Shown here: in pieces, positions 28,480 to 37,088 of the stretch | Numbering within the stretch: position 1 is the first letter of the stretch | Layout of the letters: every line of letters starts with the position of its first letter | Assembly (NCBI RefSeq): GCF_030824335.1 | Contig: NZ_JAVBXX010000003.1 | Span: 46,472-110,471, forward strand | Reading direction: 5' to 3' | DNA length: 64,000 nt | Origin: Azonexus sp. | GTDB lineage: Bacteria > Pseudomonadota > Gammaproteobacteria > Burkholderiales > Rhodocyclaceae | Notes under the pieces: model-generated | Database searches by the model: none | Told to the model about the DNA's origin: nothing | Seen by the model: the letters and a program-made list of their open reading frames with translations, nothing else | Made by a program: the position numbers and the translations under genes

Positions 28480-30786
28480 TTAGCCTTGTGGAATCTGCAT
28501 CATGGCAAAACGCTGAACCAGCAAGGCGGCTGTTTTATCCATCAGGTGCCTGGCCAGTTCATCTACGTGTCGAGCGCGCCAAGGCGCCAGTTCGCTCCCC
28601 TGCACCGCCTGGTTGAATGCACCAAGTGCAGGACCGCAATGAATCTGAAAATCCAGTTTATGCGCGCTTTCGCCACGCAATGCCCAGCGACTTGCGTCCT
28701 TGAAATAACGCCCGAAAATCAGCGCCATCCGATGTTTCGGACTGCGCGCCGCACGCTCCAGGTCTGCGGCCGGACAGCTTGTTTGCAACTCGGCAAAAAC
28801 CTCGTCCAGGCTACGCTGGAAGTATCGTTCCTCGAGTTGCTGACGGGTCTTGGCATCCAGCTCGTCAATCGACTCGTGTTGTCGGTAAAGGCTGGCCAAC
28901 TTGTTAGCCCGGTTCGGGAAAAAGATCCCTTTTTTCAGAACCTGCACTCGCGAACCCATTTCGAACTGCAGACCAGAAGGCGCGTAATCGGTGTCGTAAA
29001 CCTGCATTTCCTGCAACAAATCCTTGACCAGATCGCTGGTTCCCGCTTCGACCGTACATTGGTTGATCGAACCAGTCATGATGAAATCGGCCCCCATCAC
29101 GAAAGCAGCCGCGGCAGCCTCGGGCGTTCCAATACCACCGGCAGCCCCGACATAAAGCGGGTGCGCTGGATAGCGGCGCAGCATCTCGTCACGCACACCC
29201 AAGGCCGCCGGAATCAAGGTAAAAGGCATGCGCTGGTCAGTATGCCCACCCGAGTCAGCTTCCATGCACAGGGCATCGGCCATCGGTATGTCAGCCAACA
29301 GTAACGCTTCTTCTTCGTTCAGCCCGCCACTGGCCAGCAACTTGTCAATCAGGCGCTGCGGTGCAGGAGAAAAGAACTGCGCCCCCACATCGGGTCGGGA
29401 AACCTTGGCGACAATTCGATTCCGCACCTCAACCCGCCCGTCCGGACGACGTAACAACCCCTTCGCACGATAACGGACCAATGCTGGCGTCACCTCGACA
29501 AAAGCAGAAGCCTCAATGGTCCTCACGCCGTGAACAAGCAGCAGGTCAACCAGTTGATCCTCAAGTTCGGGGCGATGAATGTGCGCAATAAAATTGACAC
29601 CATAGGGAGCCCCTGACGGAATAGCCTGCTGGATACGGACGATGCTGTTCTCTATCGTCTCCATATCCAGCCCCCCTGCGCCAAAGAAAGCCATTAGCCC
29701 AGCCTTGGCCAGACGCACCACCATATCCACCGAAGAAATGCCCTGGTACATGCCACCGGCGAGGTAAGCGTATTTGAGATTGAAGGTCGCGCGAAATGCA
29801 GCAGAACCAAGAGAAGCCGCACCAAAATGCAGGGGAGTGACGTTCGACACGACCGGAAGCGGATTGATCTGCTGTTGGCTGGCGCTATCGGTCAACGCCT
29901 CCTCGGCCAAAATGCTGGCATCAAGCGGGCCAGCCTCAGTCTGGGTACGCATGACCATCGGCTTCACCACGCTGATCCCCGGCGGACCAATTTCATCAAA
30001 ATCACCGACTGCCAGACCCTTGGCCAGAAGGTAGCGCAGGCTTTCAGCCCAGCGCACCGGTGCCGTGATCTGCTCGATCATGCGCTCCCGGATCAAGCCT
30101 GGAAGGTGTGGGCGCGCCGTGACGTTCGAAATAACCGGAATGGTCGGCGCAGCAAAATGCACTTGCTGGGCGAATTCGCCAAAGGCATCGCGGGCATCCG
30201 CCATAAAAGGTGTATGGAAGGCACCACTGACTTGCAACAGCTTGAAGTACGTCGCCCCGGCTTCCATAAACAGCGACTCGGTCTGAGCAACCGCCTCCCG
30301 GCGCCCGGACAGTACAATCTGCAAAGGCGTATTGAAATTGGCGGCATGGACATCGCTCAACCCGTGTTTGACCAATACCGCTTGAATCTTTTCTTCATCA
30401 AGCCCAAGCACCGCTGCCATGCCGCCGCCATGCGCCTGCCCCATCAACTCGCCGCGCTTTTGCACAAGGCGCAGCCCGGTTTCAAAATCCAGCACCCCTG
30501 CGGCAAACAGTGCAACGTACTCGGCAACGCTATGACCAAGCAGGAAATCCGGTAAAGGTGCATTTTGAATACGCTGCAGGTAAGCAAGACTGTTGACCAC
30601 ATATAGTGCCGGCTGCGTAAATTGAGTCTGGGTAAGTCGCTCCAAGGGCCCGGCCAGGCAAAGTTCGGCAACCGAATAACCAAGGATGCCCTCTGCCTGA
30701 CGCAACAAGTCCGGGAAGGCTGCAAACAAGTCCTTACCCATGCCAATACGCTGCGCCCCCTGGCCGGGAAACATAAAAGCTTTCAT
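28480..30786 (-). CDS. trans-acting malonyl acyltransferase fused to FMN-dependent enoylreductase (AT-ER, PksE/PedB-like)
   Basis: MKAFMFPGQGAQ start with GGAGG RBS; ATG 30786 overlaps the upstream TGA, so the track start at 30822 is probably too long. AT motifs GHSVAEY and SGAFHT; PfaD-like ER motifs AGGMYQGI, EADSGGHTD, GAAGGIGTP, TGSINQCTVEAG. Confidence 0.93.
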   Translation of the reverse strand: MKAFMFPGQGAQRIGMGKDLFAAFPDLLRQAEGILGYSVAELCLAGPLERLTQTQFTQPALYVVNSLAYLQRIQNAPLPDFLLGHSVAEYVALFAAGVLDFETGLRLVQKRGELMGQAHGGGMAAVLGLDEEKIQAVLVKHGLSDVHAANFNTPLQIVLSGRREAVAQTESLFMEAGATYFKLLQVSGAFHTPFMADARDAFGEFAQQVHFAAPTIPVISNVTARPHLPGLIRERMIEQITAPVRWAESLRYLLAKGLAVGDFDEIGPPGISVVKPMVMRTQTEAGPLDASILAEEALTDSASQQQINPLPVVSNVTPLHFGAASLGSAAFRATFNLKYAYLAGGMYQGISSVDMVVRLAKAGLMAFFGAGGLDMETIENSIVRIQQAIPSGAPYGVNFIAHIHRPELEDQLVDLLLVHGVRTIEASAFVEVTPALVRYRAKGLLRRPDGRVEVRNRIVAKVSRPDVGAQFFSPAPQRLIDKLLASGGLNEEEALLLADIPMADALCMEADSGGHTDQRMPFTLIPAALGVRDEMLRRYPAHPLYVGAAGGIGTPEAAAAAFVMGADFIMTGSINQCTVEAGTSDLVKDLLQEMQVYDTDYAPSGLQFEMGSRVQVLKKGIFFPNRANKLASLYRQHESIDELDAKTRQQLEERYFQRSLDEVFAELQTSCPAADLERAARSPKHRMALIFGRYFKDASRWALRGESAHKLDFQIHCGPALGAFNQAVQGSELAPWRARHVDELARHLMDKTAALLVQRFAMMQIPQG

Positions 30787-32438
30787 GGCGTCGCCTCCAG
30801 TTCCTTCCCTTTTTTCTCCCATTCCACACCCCCCAGATCCAGCTTGATCACACGATCAGCCACATGCCAGAAACGGTCATCATGGGTCACGGCAATGACA
30901 GTTTTACCCTTTGCTTTCAAATCCGGCAGGATCCGGTTATAAAAATGCTGACGGAAGTGAAAATCCTGCTCAGCGGACCACTCATCAAATATGTAGATCG
31001 GACGATCTTCAAGTAGTGCAGCGATCAGAGCCAGGCGTTTTCGTTGCCCGGTTGACAGGTGAAGTTCGGAAAAACGTCCATCAACGTAACGCAGCTTGCT
31101 ACTCAAGCCCATCTCCCGAATCAGGCGATTGACCTCCTCCGGATCTCTGCCCTCTTGCCCGTAAAGTCTGTCGAACAAATGAAAATCGGCAAAAATTGCT
31201 GAAAACAGTTCGCGAAAACCTGGCACCTCATTTTTCGCCAAAACCTCCCCGTCTATCTCAATCTGACCACTCTCCACGGGATAAAGACCTGTAATCAAAC
31301 GCAGAGTTGTCGATTTGCCACTGCCATTGCCACCTACCAGAAAAATCAACTCACCGCGTTCTACTTCAAGATTCAACGGTCCCAAACTGAATTCTGCATC
31401 CCCCGATTTGGCACGATAGTTGAATACCAGATTTCGGTAGCCGATACGTTGAAAATCCCGATAAGGTTCCGCGAGCGCCCGAGCGGTCGCAGGGTCGACG
31501 CCAGGAGCCGCATCCAATTGCTGCTCCAGTGAAATAATCGACCTCAGTCCCACTTCAGCACGCACAAACATCGGTGAATGCGCCACGATCAGCGTCAGCG
31601 GCACAATACAAAACATCAGGGTGGCCACCAACTGAAAGACGATGGTGCTATGCGCCGGGACGTAAAGAGGGAAGATAAACCCGACAATCCCAAGCATTGA
31701 ATACACCATGAGCACGCTAAGCAGAACCATGGAAACCCAGTATTCACCAGCACCAACCATCAAACGATGCCCGGTCCGGGATAGATCTTCATAATCAGCG
31801 AAAACAGCTTCGCTGCGCCGGGTATTCAGTATTAACTCCTTCGAACCATCGATGATGTCCGAAATGGAGTCCAGCATCTTGCCTTGGCAGCGGCCCAACT
31901 CTGCGAGAGTCGTGCGAAAACGCGTATTGATGTTCAGGTAACCAACAATCCCCAACACGACGACCACAACAAAGACAATCAATGCCGGCACCGACAGATA
32001 AGCCAGATAAACAAGCGAAACGGCAAGCAGGATTGCCTGCTGAAAGCTATTGATCAATAAGGGAAATGTAACGGAAAGATGGTTGGTTTCCTGAGAAACC
32101 ATGGCATACAACTCCCCTCGCCCGACATCATCGAGGGTTTGCAATTCGGTCCGCCTGAGTTTGGCCGCCACATTGACCCTCAGGTCACGCAACAAGCCTT
32201 CGATAATCCGGTTGGCAAGGAGTAAGGCGCGGTTGTCGCACAAATAATACAAAACAAAAGCCATGACGAAGGCCAGCCAGTGCCAAATATCGGGCCGCTC
32301 CGCTTCGGCCACCAGTTCGGCCACCAGATTGACCATAACCACCAGAAGCGCGTTGGCGATTCCGGCAACCGAAGTCAGCAACAGCATCCGCCCCAAATCC
32401 GGCGGATTGGCCCGTTTGATAAAATCGAACAGGATCAT
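30783..32438 (-). CDS. Cyclic peptide export-type ABC transporter (SyrD/PvdE/YojI family), TMD-NBD
   Basis: Multiple TM segments, Walker A GGNGSGKST, signature LSTGQRKRL, FDEWSAEQD, VTHDDRFW. Confidence 0.9.
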   Translation of the reverse strand: MILFDFIKRANPPDLGRMLLLTSVAGIANALLVVMVNLVAELVAEAERPDIWHWLAFVMAFVLYYLCDNRALLLANRIIEGLLRDLRVNVAAKLRRTELQTLDDVGRGELYAMVSQETNHLSVTFPLLINSFQQAILLAVSLVYLAYLSVPALIVFVVVVVLGIVGYLNINTRFRTTLAELGRCQGKMLDSISDIIDGSKELILNTRRSEAVFADYEDLSRTGHRLMVGAGEYWVSMVLLSVLMVYSMLGIVGFIFPLYVPAHSTIVFQLVATLMFCIVPLTLIVAHSPMFVRAEVGLRSIISLEQQLDAAPGVDPATARALAEPYRDFQRIGYRNLVFNYRAKSGDAEFSLGPLNLEVERGELIFLVGGNGSGKSTTLRLITGLYPVESGQIEIDGEVLAKNEVPGFRELFSAIFADFHLFDRLYGQEGRDPEEVNRLIREMGLSSKLRYVDGRFSELHLSTGQRKRLALIAALLEDRPIYIFDEWSAEQDFHFRQHFYNRILPDLKAKGKTVIAVTHDDRFWHVADRVIKLDLGGVEWEKKGKELEATP

Positions 32439-34063
32439 GGCAATCCACTCCCATCCGGCACAACGACCTGCCCCAGATCCAGAGTCACGATCCGATCAGC
32501 AAGATGCCAGAAACGATCATCATGACTGACCACGACGACCGTCTTGCCAGCCTGTTTGAGCTCAGCCAGAATTTCCGTGTAAAAAACAGTGCGGAAATGA
32601 GCATCCTGATCGGCAGCCCACTCATCGAAAATATAAATTTCCCGTTCTTCGAGTAAGGCGACGACCATGGCCAAGCGCTTGCGTTGACCGGAAGAAAGAT
32701 TCTGAGTGGAAAAACGGCCATCGACATAAAACACCTTGTCCGACAGTTCCATCCGCTCAATCAACTGACTCACCTGGGCCACATCGACATGTTCCAATCC
32801 GTGGAGACGCTCGAACAAGTGGAAATCCGGGAATATGCAAGAAAAGAGTTCGCGATACTCCTGCACGGCATCCTTGGTAAGCACCTCCCCATCAACGCGT
32901 ACGTACCCAACATCCGGCGAATAAAGTGCTGAAATCAGCTTGAGGGCAGTAGATTTACCACTGCCGTTACCGCCCAGCAAAAACAACACTTCGCCACGCG
33001 ACAAGGCCAAATCCCAAGGACCAATACTGAACGTACTTGCACCCGATTCGTCGCGATAGGAAAACCCGATATTTTCAAAGGCAATACGCTCAAAGCCGCT
33101 GAAGCGGGATTCACTCGGCAAGCTATCGGACACTCGGGCGGCGCTGCCTCGATCCAGTGTCTGCTCCAGACTGAAAACATGCCCAAGCCCAATACTGGCC
33201 CGAGTAAACAGTGGTGCGGCTGAAGTAATTGCGGAAACTGGACCAACACAAAAAATGCCCACCGCAGCGATCTTGTAAATTACGTCGGTATAACCGTCAA
33301 AAAATCCCGGCAAGACAAAAATCACGACACCCAGCAAGCCATAGAGAAAAGCATTGCTGAACAACAACAAAACCACCCATTTCCCCCCTATCCCGACAAT
33401 CAAGGACTGCAGATCGTCAACAATCTGCACATAGCGGGCAAACAAGGCATCATTTTTATCAGAATTCAGGCGAATTTCCTGAAACCCTTCCGTGAAATGC
33501 GACAACGAGTCCAGCATTTCACTTTCCTGCGCATGAACGGAAATCATGGCTTTGTTAAGCGCCTTGCGTCTTGTGTAAAAAAACGCCATGGCCAGCAGCG
33601 CGACGCCACAAACCACCAAAAACGACACAAGGGACAAGGTGGCAATATAAAAAAGGCAAAAAACCAACAGGAACAAGCTTTGAGCAGCCCCGACCAACAA
33701 AGGGACATTTTGCGCAAGATGATTAGTTTCCTGAGCGACGACAGCATACAAACGACCGCGCCCAAGAGACTCCAGCGTGCGCAATTCAGCATGACGGATC
33801 TTGTCGGCAAGACGCAAGCGCAACTCGCCCAGGCGCGATTGGAGAAAATCATTCGCGCGACGCAACGATGTCTGGTTAGCCAGAACGTAGATGGCAAAAG
33901 CGAGGATATATAACGCCAGCAACCGAATACTAATCGGCTGAGCAAGCGCCGTCTGTTCCGCTGCGGTGTTTACCAAGCCGATCAAAACCGCATTGGCCAG
34001 CCCGGCCAGACAGGTAACATAGAATGCTCCCATCCTCCCCCCCGGCTTACCCATCTGAAACAA
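32435..34063 (-). CDS. Cyclic peptide export-type ABC transporter (SyrD/PvdE/YojI family), TMD-NBD
   Basis: Walker A GGNGSGKST, LSSGQRKRL, FDEWAADQD. Start uncertain: the frame is open to ~34117 and a GAGG precedes an in-frame CTG at 34081 (MKNLWRLFQMG...). Confidence 0.9.
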   Translation of the reverse strand: MFQMGKPGGRMGAFYVTCLAGLANAVLIGLVNTAAEQTALAQPISIRLLALYILAFAIYVLANQTSLRRANDFLQSRLGELRLRLADKIRHAELRTLESLGRGRLYAVVAQETNHLAQNVPLLVGAAQSLFLLVFCLFYIATLSLVSFLVVCGVALLAMAFFYTRRKALNKAMISVHAQESEMLDSLSHFTEGFQEIRLNSDKNDALFARYVQIVDDLQSLIVGIGGKWVVLLLFSNAFLYGLLGVVIFVLPGFFDGYTDVIYKIAAVGIFCVGPVSAITSAAPLFTRASIGLGHVFSLEQTLDRGSAARVSDSLPSESRFSGFERIAFENIGFSYRDESGASTFSIGPWDLALSRGEVLFLLGGNGSGKSTALKLISALYSPDVGYVRVDGEVLTKDAVQEYRELFSCIFPDFHLFERLHGLEHVDVAQVSQLIERMELSDKVFYVDGRFSTQNLSSGQRKRLAMVVALLEEREIYIFDEWAADQDAHFRTVFYTEILAELKQAGKTVVVVSHDDRFWHLADRIVTLDLGQVVVPDGSGLP

Positions 34064-34162
34064 ACGCCAAAGGTTCTTCAGTTGAATGCCCTCAACATAA
34101 AAACACCTGTGAAGAAATCATTTACATCCTCACCATGAGTCAAATTTTATGCAAAAGTATAA

Positions 34163-34936
34163 ATGACTTGGCCACAGACTCAGCAAGAACTTCAAATGCG
34201 CGTACCCCAATTGCATCAACATGAATGCCATCTCTGGCACATTTCCTTGTGCACACCGGATATGGCGCACTCCTTGCCAACGGAATGCTTGTCGGACGAG
34301 GAAAAAACCCGCGCAGCAAAATTTCTTCGCCCGGAGGCCCGACAACAATTTGTCATGACTCGTCACGCCCTACGCTCGCTTTTAGGCGCTTACCTGAACA
34401 CAACTCCGGAAAAAATACCGCTCCAGGCCAATCAATTCGGCAAACCATCCCTTCCCGTATCATTTGCTTCCCTGTACTTCAACGTAACTCACTCCGGCCA
34501 GCGGGGACTGATCGCCATCACCAGACAAGGCGAGGTGGGTGTCGATATTGAGCAGCAGCGCAAGATGAAAGACCTTCTGGGAATGGCCAGCATGATTTTT
34601 TGCCCGGAAGACCTGCGGGTATGGCAGGAGTTGCCAGTAGCAGAACAAATGCCTGCTTTCTACCGCGCATGGACAGGCAAGGAAGCAATGGCCAAGGCTT
34701 TGGGTTGTGGCCTGACAATTGACCTGAAAGGACTTCGTGTCGACTTTACGCATGAAGCACAGACACAATTCCTGGAAATGGATTTTCCCCCTGGGACAAT
34801 ACATCACTGGCATCTGGCACAACGCAATGTCGTACCAGGCTATTGCGCAGCACTGGCAATCAGAGGAAGCCCCCTCGAAACAATCGATTTAGCATTTGAC
34901 ACACAGCCTGTTCGAACTCCCGGAAATGCTGCTTGA
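34163..34936 (+). CDS. Sfp-type 4'-phosphopantetheinyl transferase
   Basis: Motifs FGKP, FNVTHSG, VGVDIE, WTGKEAMAKALG; divergent from the PKS operon. Confidence 0.93.
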   Translation: MTWPQTQQELQMRVPQLHQHECHLWHISLCTPDMAHSLPTECLSDEEKTRAAKFLRPEARQQFVMTRHALRSLLGAYLNTTPEKIPLQANQFGKPSLPVSFASLYFNVTHSGQRGLIAITRQGEVGVDIEQQRKMKDLLGMASMIFCPEDLRVWQELPVAEQMPAFYRAWTGKEAMAKALGCGLTIDLKGLRVDFTHEAQTQFLEMDFPPGTIHHWHLAQRNVVPGYCAALAIRGSPLETIDLAFDTQPVRTPGNAA

Positions 34937-35096
34937 GCAAACGCAAGCAAGGCAGACATCCCAGATAACTCAAGGACTTGCGTCCTGAGATCCGTTGTCA
35001 TCAGGCTGTGTATAATAATGAAAATTTCATTGCGTGCCTGATCACTCGCGCCACCTCAGTCGACCAACCGAATCAAGGGCTGATTCTTAGGAAAAA

Positions 35097-35648
35097 TTGT
35101 ACAACTCGATGAAAATCAATCTCTTGTGCACCATGAATCTCCTGTTACGGATGTCGATTTCGACTTGCCTGATGTTGGTCAGCAATGCTTTCGCACAAGT
35201 CGATTCGCACAAATCGGTCATCGACAAATACAGCAAAGAGTTGATCAGGCAGCGAGACAAAGGCCCTATTTTTGTTTCAGTCCCTGTAGCCTACGTCTTT
35301 GGCATGGGTGGCGAGCGTAGCCCACTCTATTGTTCACCATCTGTTCGGGCGGCAAATGGATCAAATAAAGTAATCGAAGAACTGATCGTCGGCATCACCT
35401 ATCGTTCGGCAGCCGGCTCATCTGCGGGCTCCAGTGTTTCGCGCTTTACCAACATCAAGGTAAAACGGATCGAGTCGCATTTTTTCAACCAGCTTGAAAC
35501 TTCGAAATGTTCCGGGTTGACCGGAGAATTAAATGTCGTTCGATGTGTTTACACAACTGGCGAAGATTGCTCGGACGATATTCAAGCAATTAACTTCGGT
35601 GCCATCCCGTTGCAATCACGAACAAAACATTCAGGGGAAAAACCATGA
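35097..35648 (+). CDS. Hypothetical exported protein with several cysteines
   Basis: Signal-peptide-like N-terminus ending SNAFA-Q; four Cys in the mature part; stop overlaps the next ATG; AGGA upstream of TTG 35097. Exact start uncertain. Confidence 0.7.
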   Translation: MYNSMKINLLCTMNLLLRMSISTCLMLVSNAFAQVDSHKSVIDKYSKELIRQRDKGPIFVSVPVAYVFGMGGERSPLYCSPSVRAANGSNKVIEELIVGITYRSAAGSSAGSSVSRFTNIKVKRIESHFFNQLETSKCSGLTGELNVVRCVYTTGEDCSDDIQAINFGAIPLQSRTKHSGEKP

Positions 35649-35857
35649 CTCTGGTCATTTACTTATCACTCTGCGTCATGGTGGCCTTGCTTGGCCGCAA
35701 AACAAAACTCGGATTTTTCCGGGGCTTTTTGTTTTGCGTCATGCTTACGCCGTTTGCAATGATGTTTTACCTGCTGATTTTCACGACACTTGACCCGGAA
35801 GAAGACGCGCGCAGCCAGGTAAAGGTCAAGAATCCAACCATAAAGTTTGACGACTGA
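35645..35857 (+). CDS. Small membrane protein (70 aa, two hydrophobic segments)
   Basis: ATGA overlap with the upstream gene, GGGGA RBS, hydrophobic stretches LVIYLSLCVMVALLG and GFLFCVMLTPFAMMFYLLIF. Confidence 0.7.
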   Translation: MTLVIYLSLCVMVALLGRKTKLGFFRGFLFCVMLTPFAMMFYLLIFTTLDPEEDARSQVKVKNPTIKFDD

Positions 35858-36004
35858 TGCAACGATCGGACAATGAGTTGACGGTGTTTTTCCTGGAAAC
35901 GATGCTCACAGGGGCGACTTTTACTATCCAGCGAAATCATCTGGAAGGACAGCATCGCCATATGATTTCTGGGTCTATGCCAGCACTACTGGAGGCAAAC
36001 CGAA

Positions 36005-37042
36005 ATGGATGAAATGATCCAGACTCAGGTTTCACCCATTGCCCGTTTCACCCATTTTCTCCATAAAACCAAACGGCACACGCAGGCATGGTTGCAGGCG
36101 AACCGTTTTGAGTTGAGCGTTTTTTTCCTGCTTTTTGCATTCCTTCTGGTTTTTCTTTTTCACAACATTTATCACACCGTACCTGCCGGACACGTAGGGG
36201 TGCTATGGAAACGTTTCAGTGGCGGTACAGTGACCGAAACCGTTTATCCAGAAGGCTTCAGGCTGACATGGCCTTGGGATTTGTTTCATGTCTACGATGT
36301 AAGACTGCAAAAAATTGAGCGGGAAGTTAAGGTACTGTCCTCGGACGGTCTGGAAATTACGCTGCAACTGGTTTGGCGCTACCACCTCAACCCCAAAACC
36401 GTCGCTGAACTACACAAGGCCATCGGGCCGGATTATTCCGAGTCCTTGATCACCCCGACTGTTGGTGCTCGGGCACGCGACATCATCTCGATGTACCAAC
36501 CAGAAGAAATTTACACTGAGCGCCGGCTGATCATTCAGAACAAGATTCTCGAATCGGTCAGACTTTTTTTGGGCGATCAATTCAAACCGAACATTGACGA
36601 CAGAGAAAACTATATCCGATTCGAAGACGTCCTGATCAAAGGGATGACGCTCCCGACTGGCGTTCAGGATGCAATCGTGCGGAAGAATGCCGCCTTCCAT
36701 GAGATGGAGGAGTACACATTCCGCATTCAAAAGGAAAACAAGGAGGCCGACAGAAAACGGGCCGAAGCAGCCGGTATTCGTCACTTCCAGGAAATTGTCA
36801 GCAGCGGAATGAGTGACTCTTACCTGCGCTGGCGTGGCATTGAAGCCACACTCGAGCTCGCCAAATCACCGAATGCCAAAGTTGTGGTCATTGGCAATGC
36901 AAAAAATGGCTTGCCCTTGATTATGAATACCGAGAGTCAGAGCCTGCAAGACAACCTGTCGGGATTCAATGCCACAACTCAAAAGCGAATTGAGCAAGAG
37001 AAAAAATCTTCTGCCCCTACAAAGCCAGAGACATCACGTTAG
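36005..37042 (+). CDS. SPFH/band-7 (prohibitin-like) membrane protein
   Basis: GGAGG RBS, single TM helix, VPAGHVGVLWKRFSGGT, LSSDGLEI, coiled-coil EADRKRAEAAGIR, typical C-terminal VVVIGNAKNGLPLI. Confidence 0.88.
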   Translation: MDEMIQTQVSPIARFTHFLHKTKRHTQAWLQANRFELSVFFLLFAFLLVFLFHNIYHTVPAGHVGVLWKRFSGGTVTETVYPEGFRLTWPWDLFHVYDVRLQKIEREVKVLSSDGLEITLQLVWRYHLNPKTVAELHKAIGPDYSESLITPTVGARARDIISMYQPEEIYTERRLIIQNKILESVRLFLGDQFKPNIDDRENYIRFEDVLIKGMTLPTGVQDAIVRKNAAFHEMEEYTFRIQKENKEADRKRAEAAGIRHFQEIVSSGMSDSYLRWRGIEATLELAKSPNAKVVVIGNAKNGLPLIMNTESQSLQDNLSGFNATTQKRIEQEKKSSAPTKPETSR

Positions 37043-37064
37043 CCCTGCAGACTCTGGCGAGACA

Positions 37065-37088
37065 ACTGGCTGAGCAAGCTCAGCCAGT
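37065..37088. terminator. Perfect 11-bp inverted repeat at the convergent SPFH/thioesterase junction
   Basis: actggctgagc-aa-gctcagccagt overlapping the TE stop codon. No U-tract, so terminator function is uncertain. Confidence 0.35.

Noticed and set aside
233-30555. Many long plus-strand ORFs (e.g. 3275-5290, 8686-9912, 12907-14022, 27169-28215)
   Set aside because: Antisense shadows of GC-rich PKS coding sequence; no recognisable motifs, and they recur opposite each KS.
35011-35016. Perfect TATAAT upstream of the accessory trio
   Set aside because: The nearest TTGTCA is only 10 bp away and there is no proper extended -10, so a sigma70 promoter cannot be supported from sequence alone.
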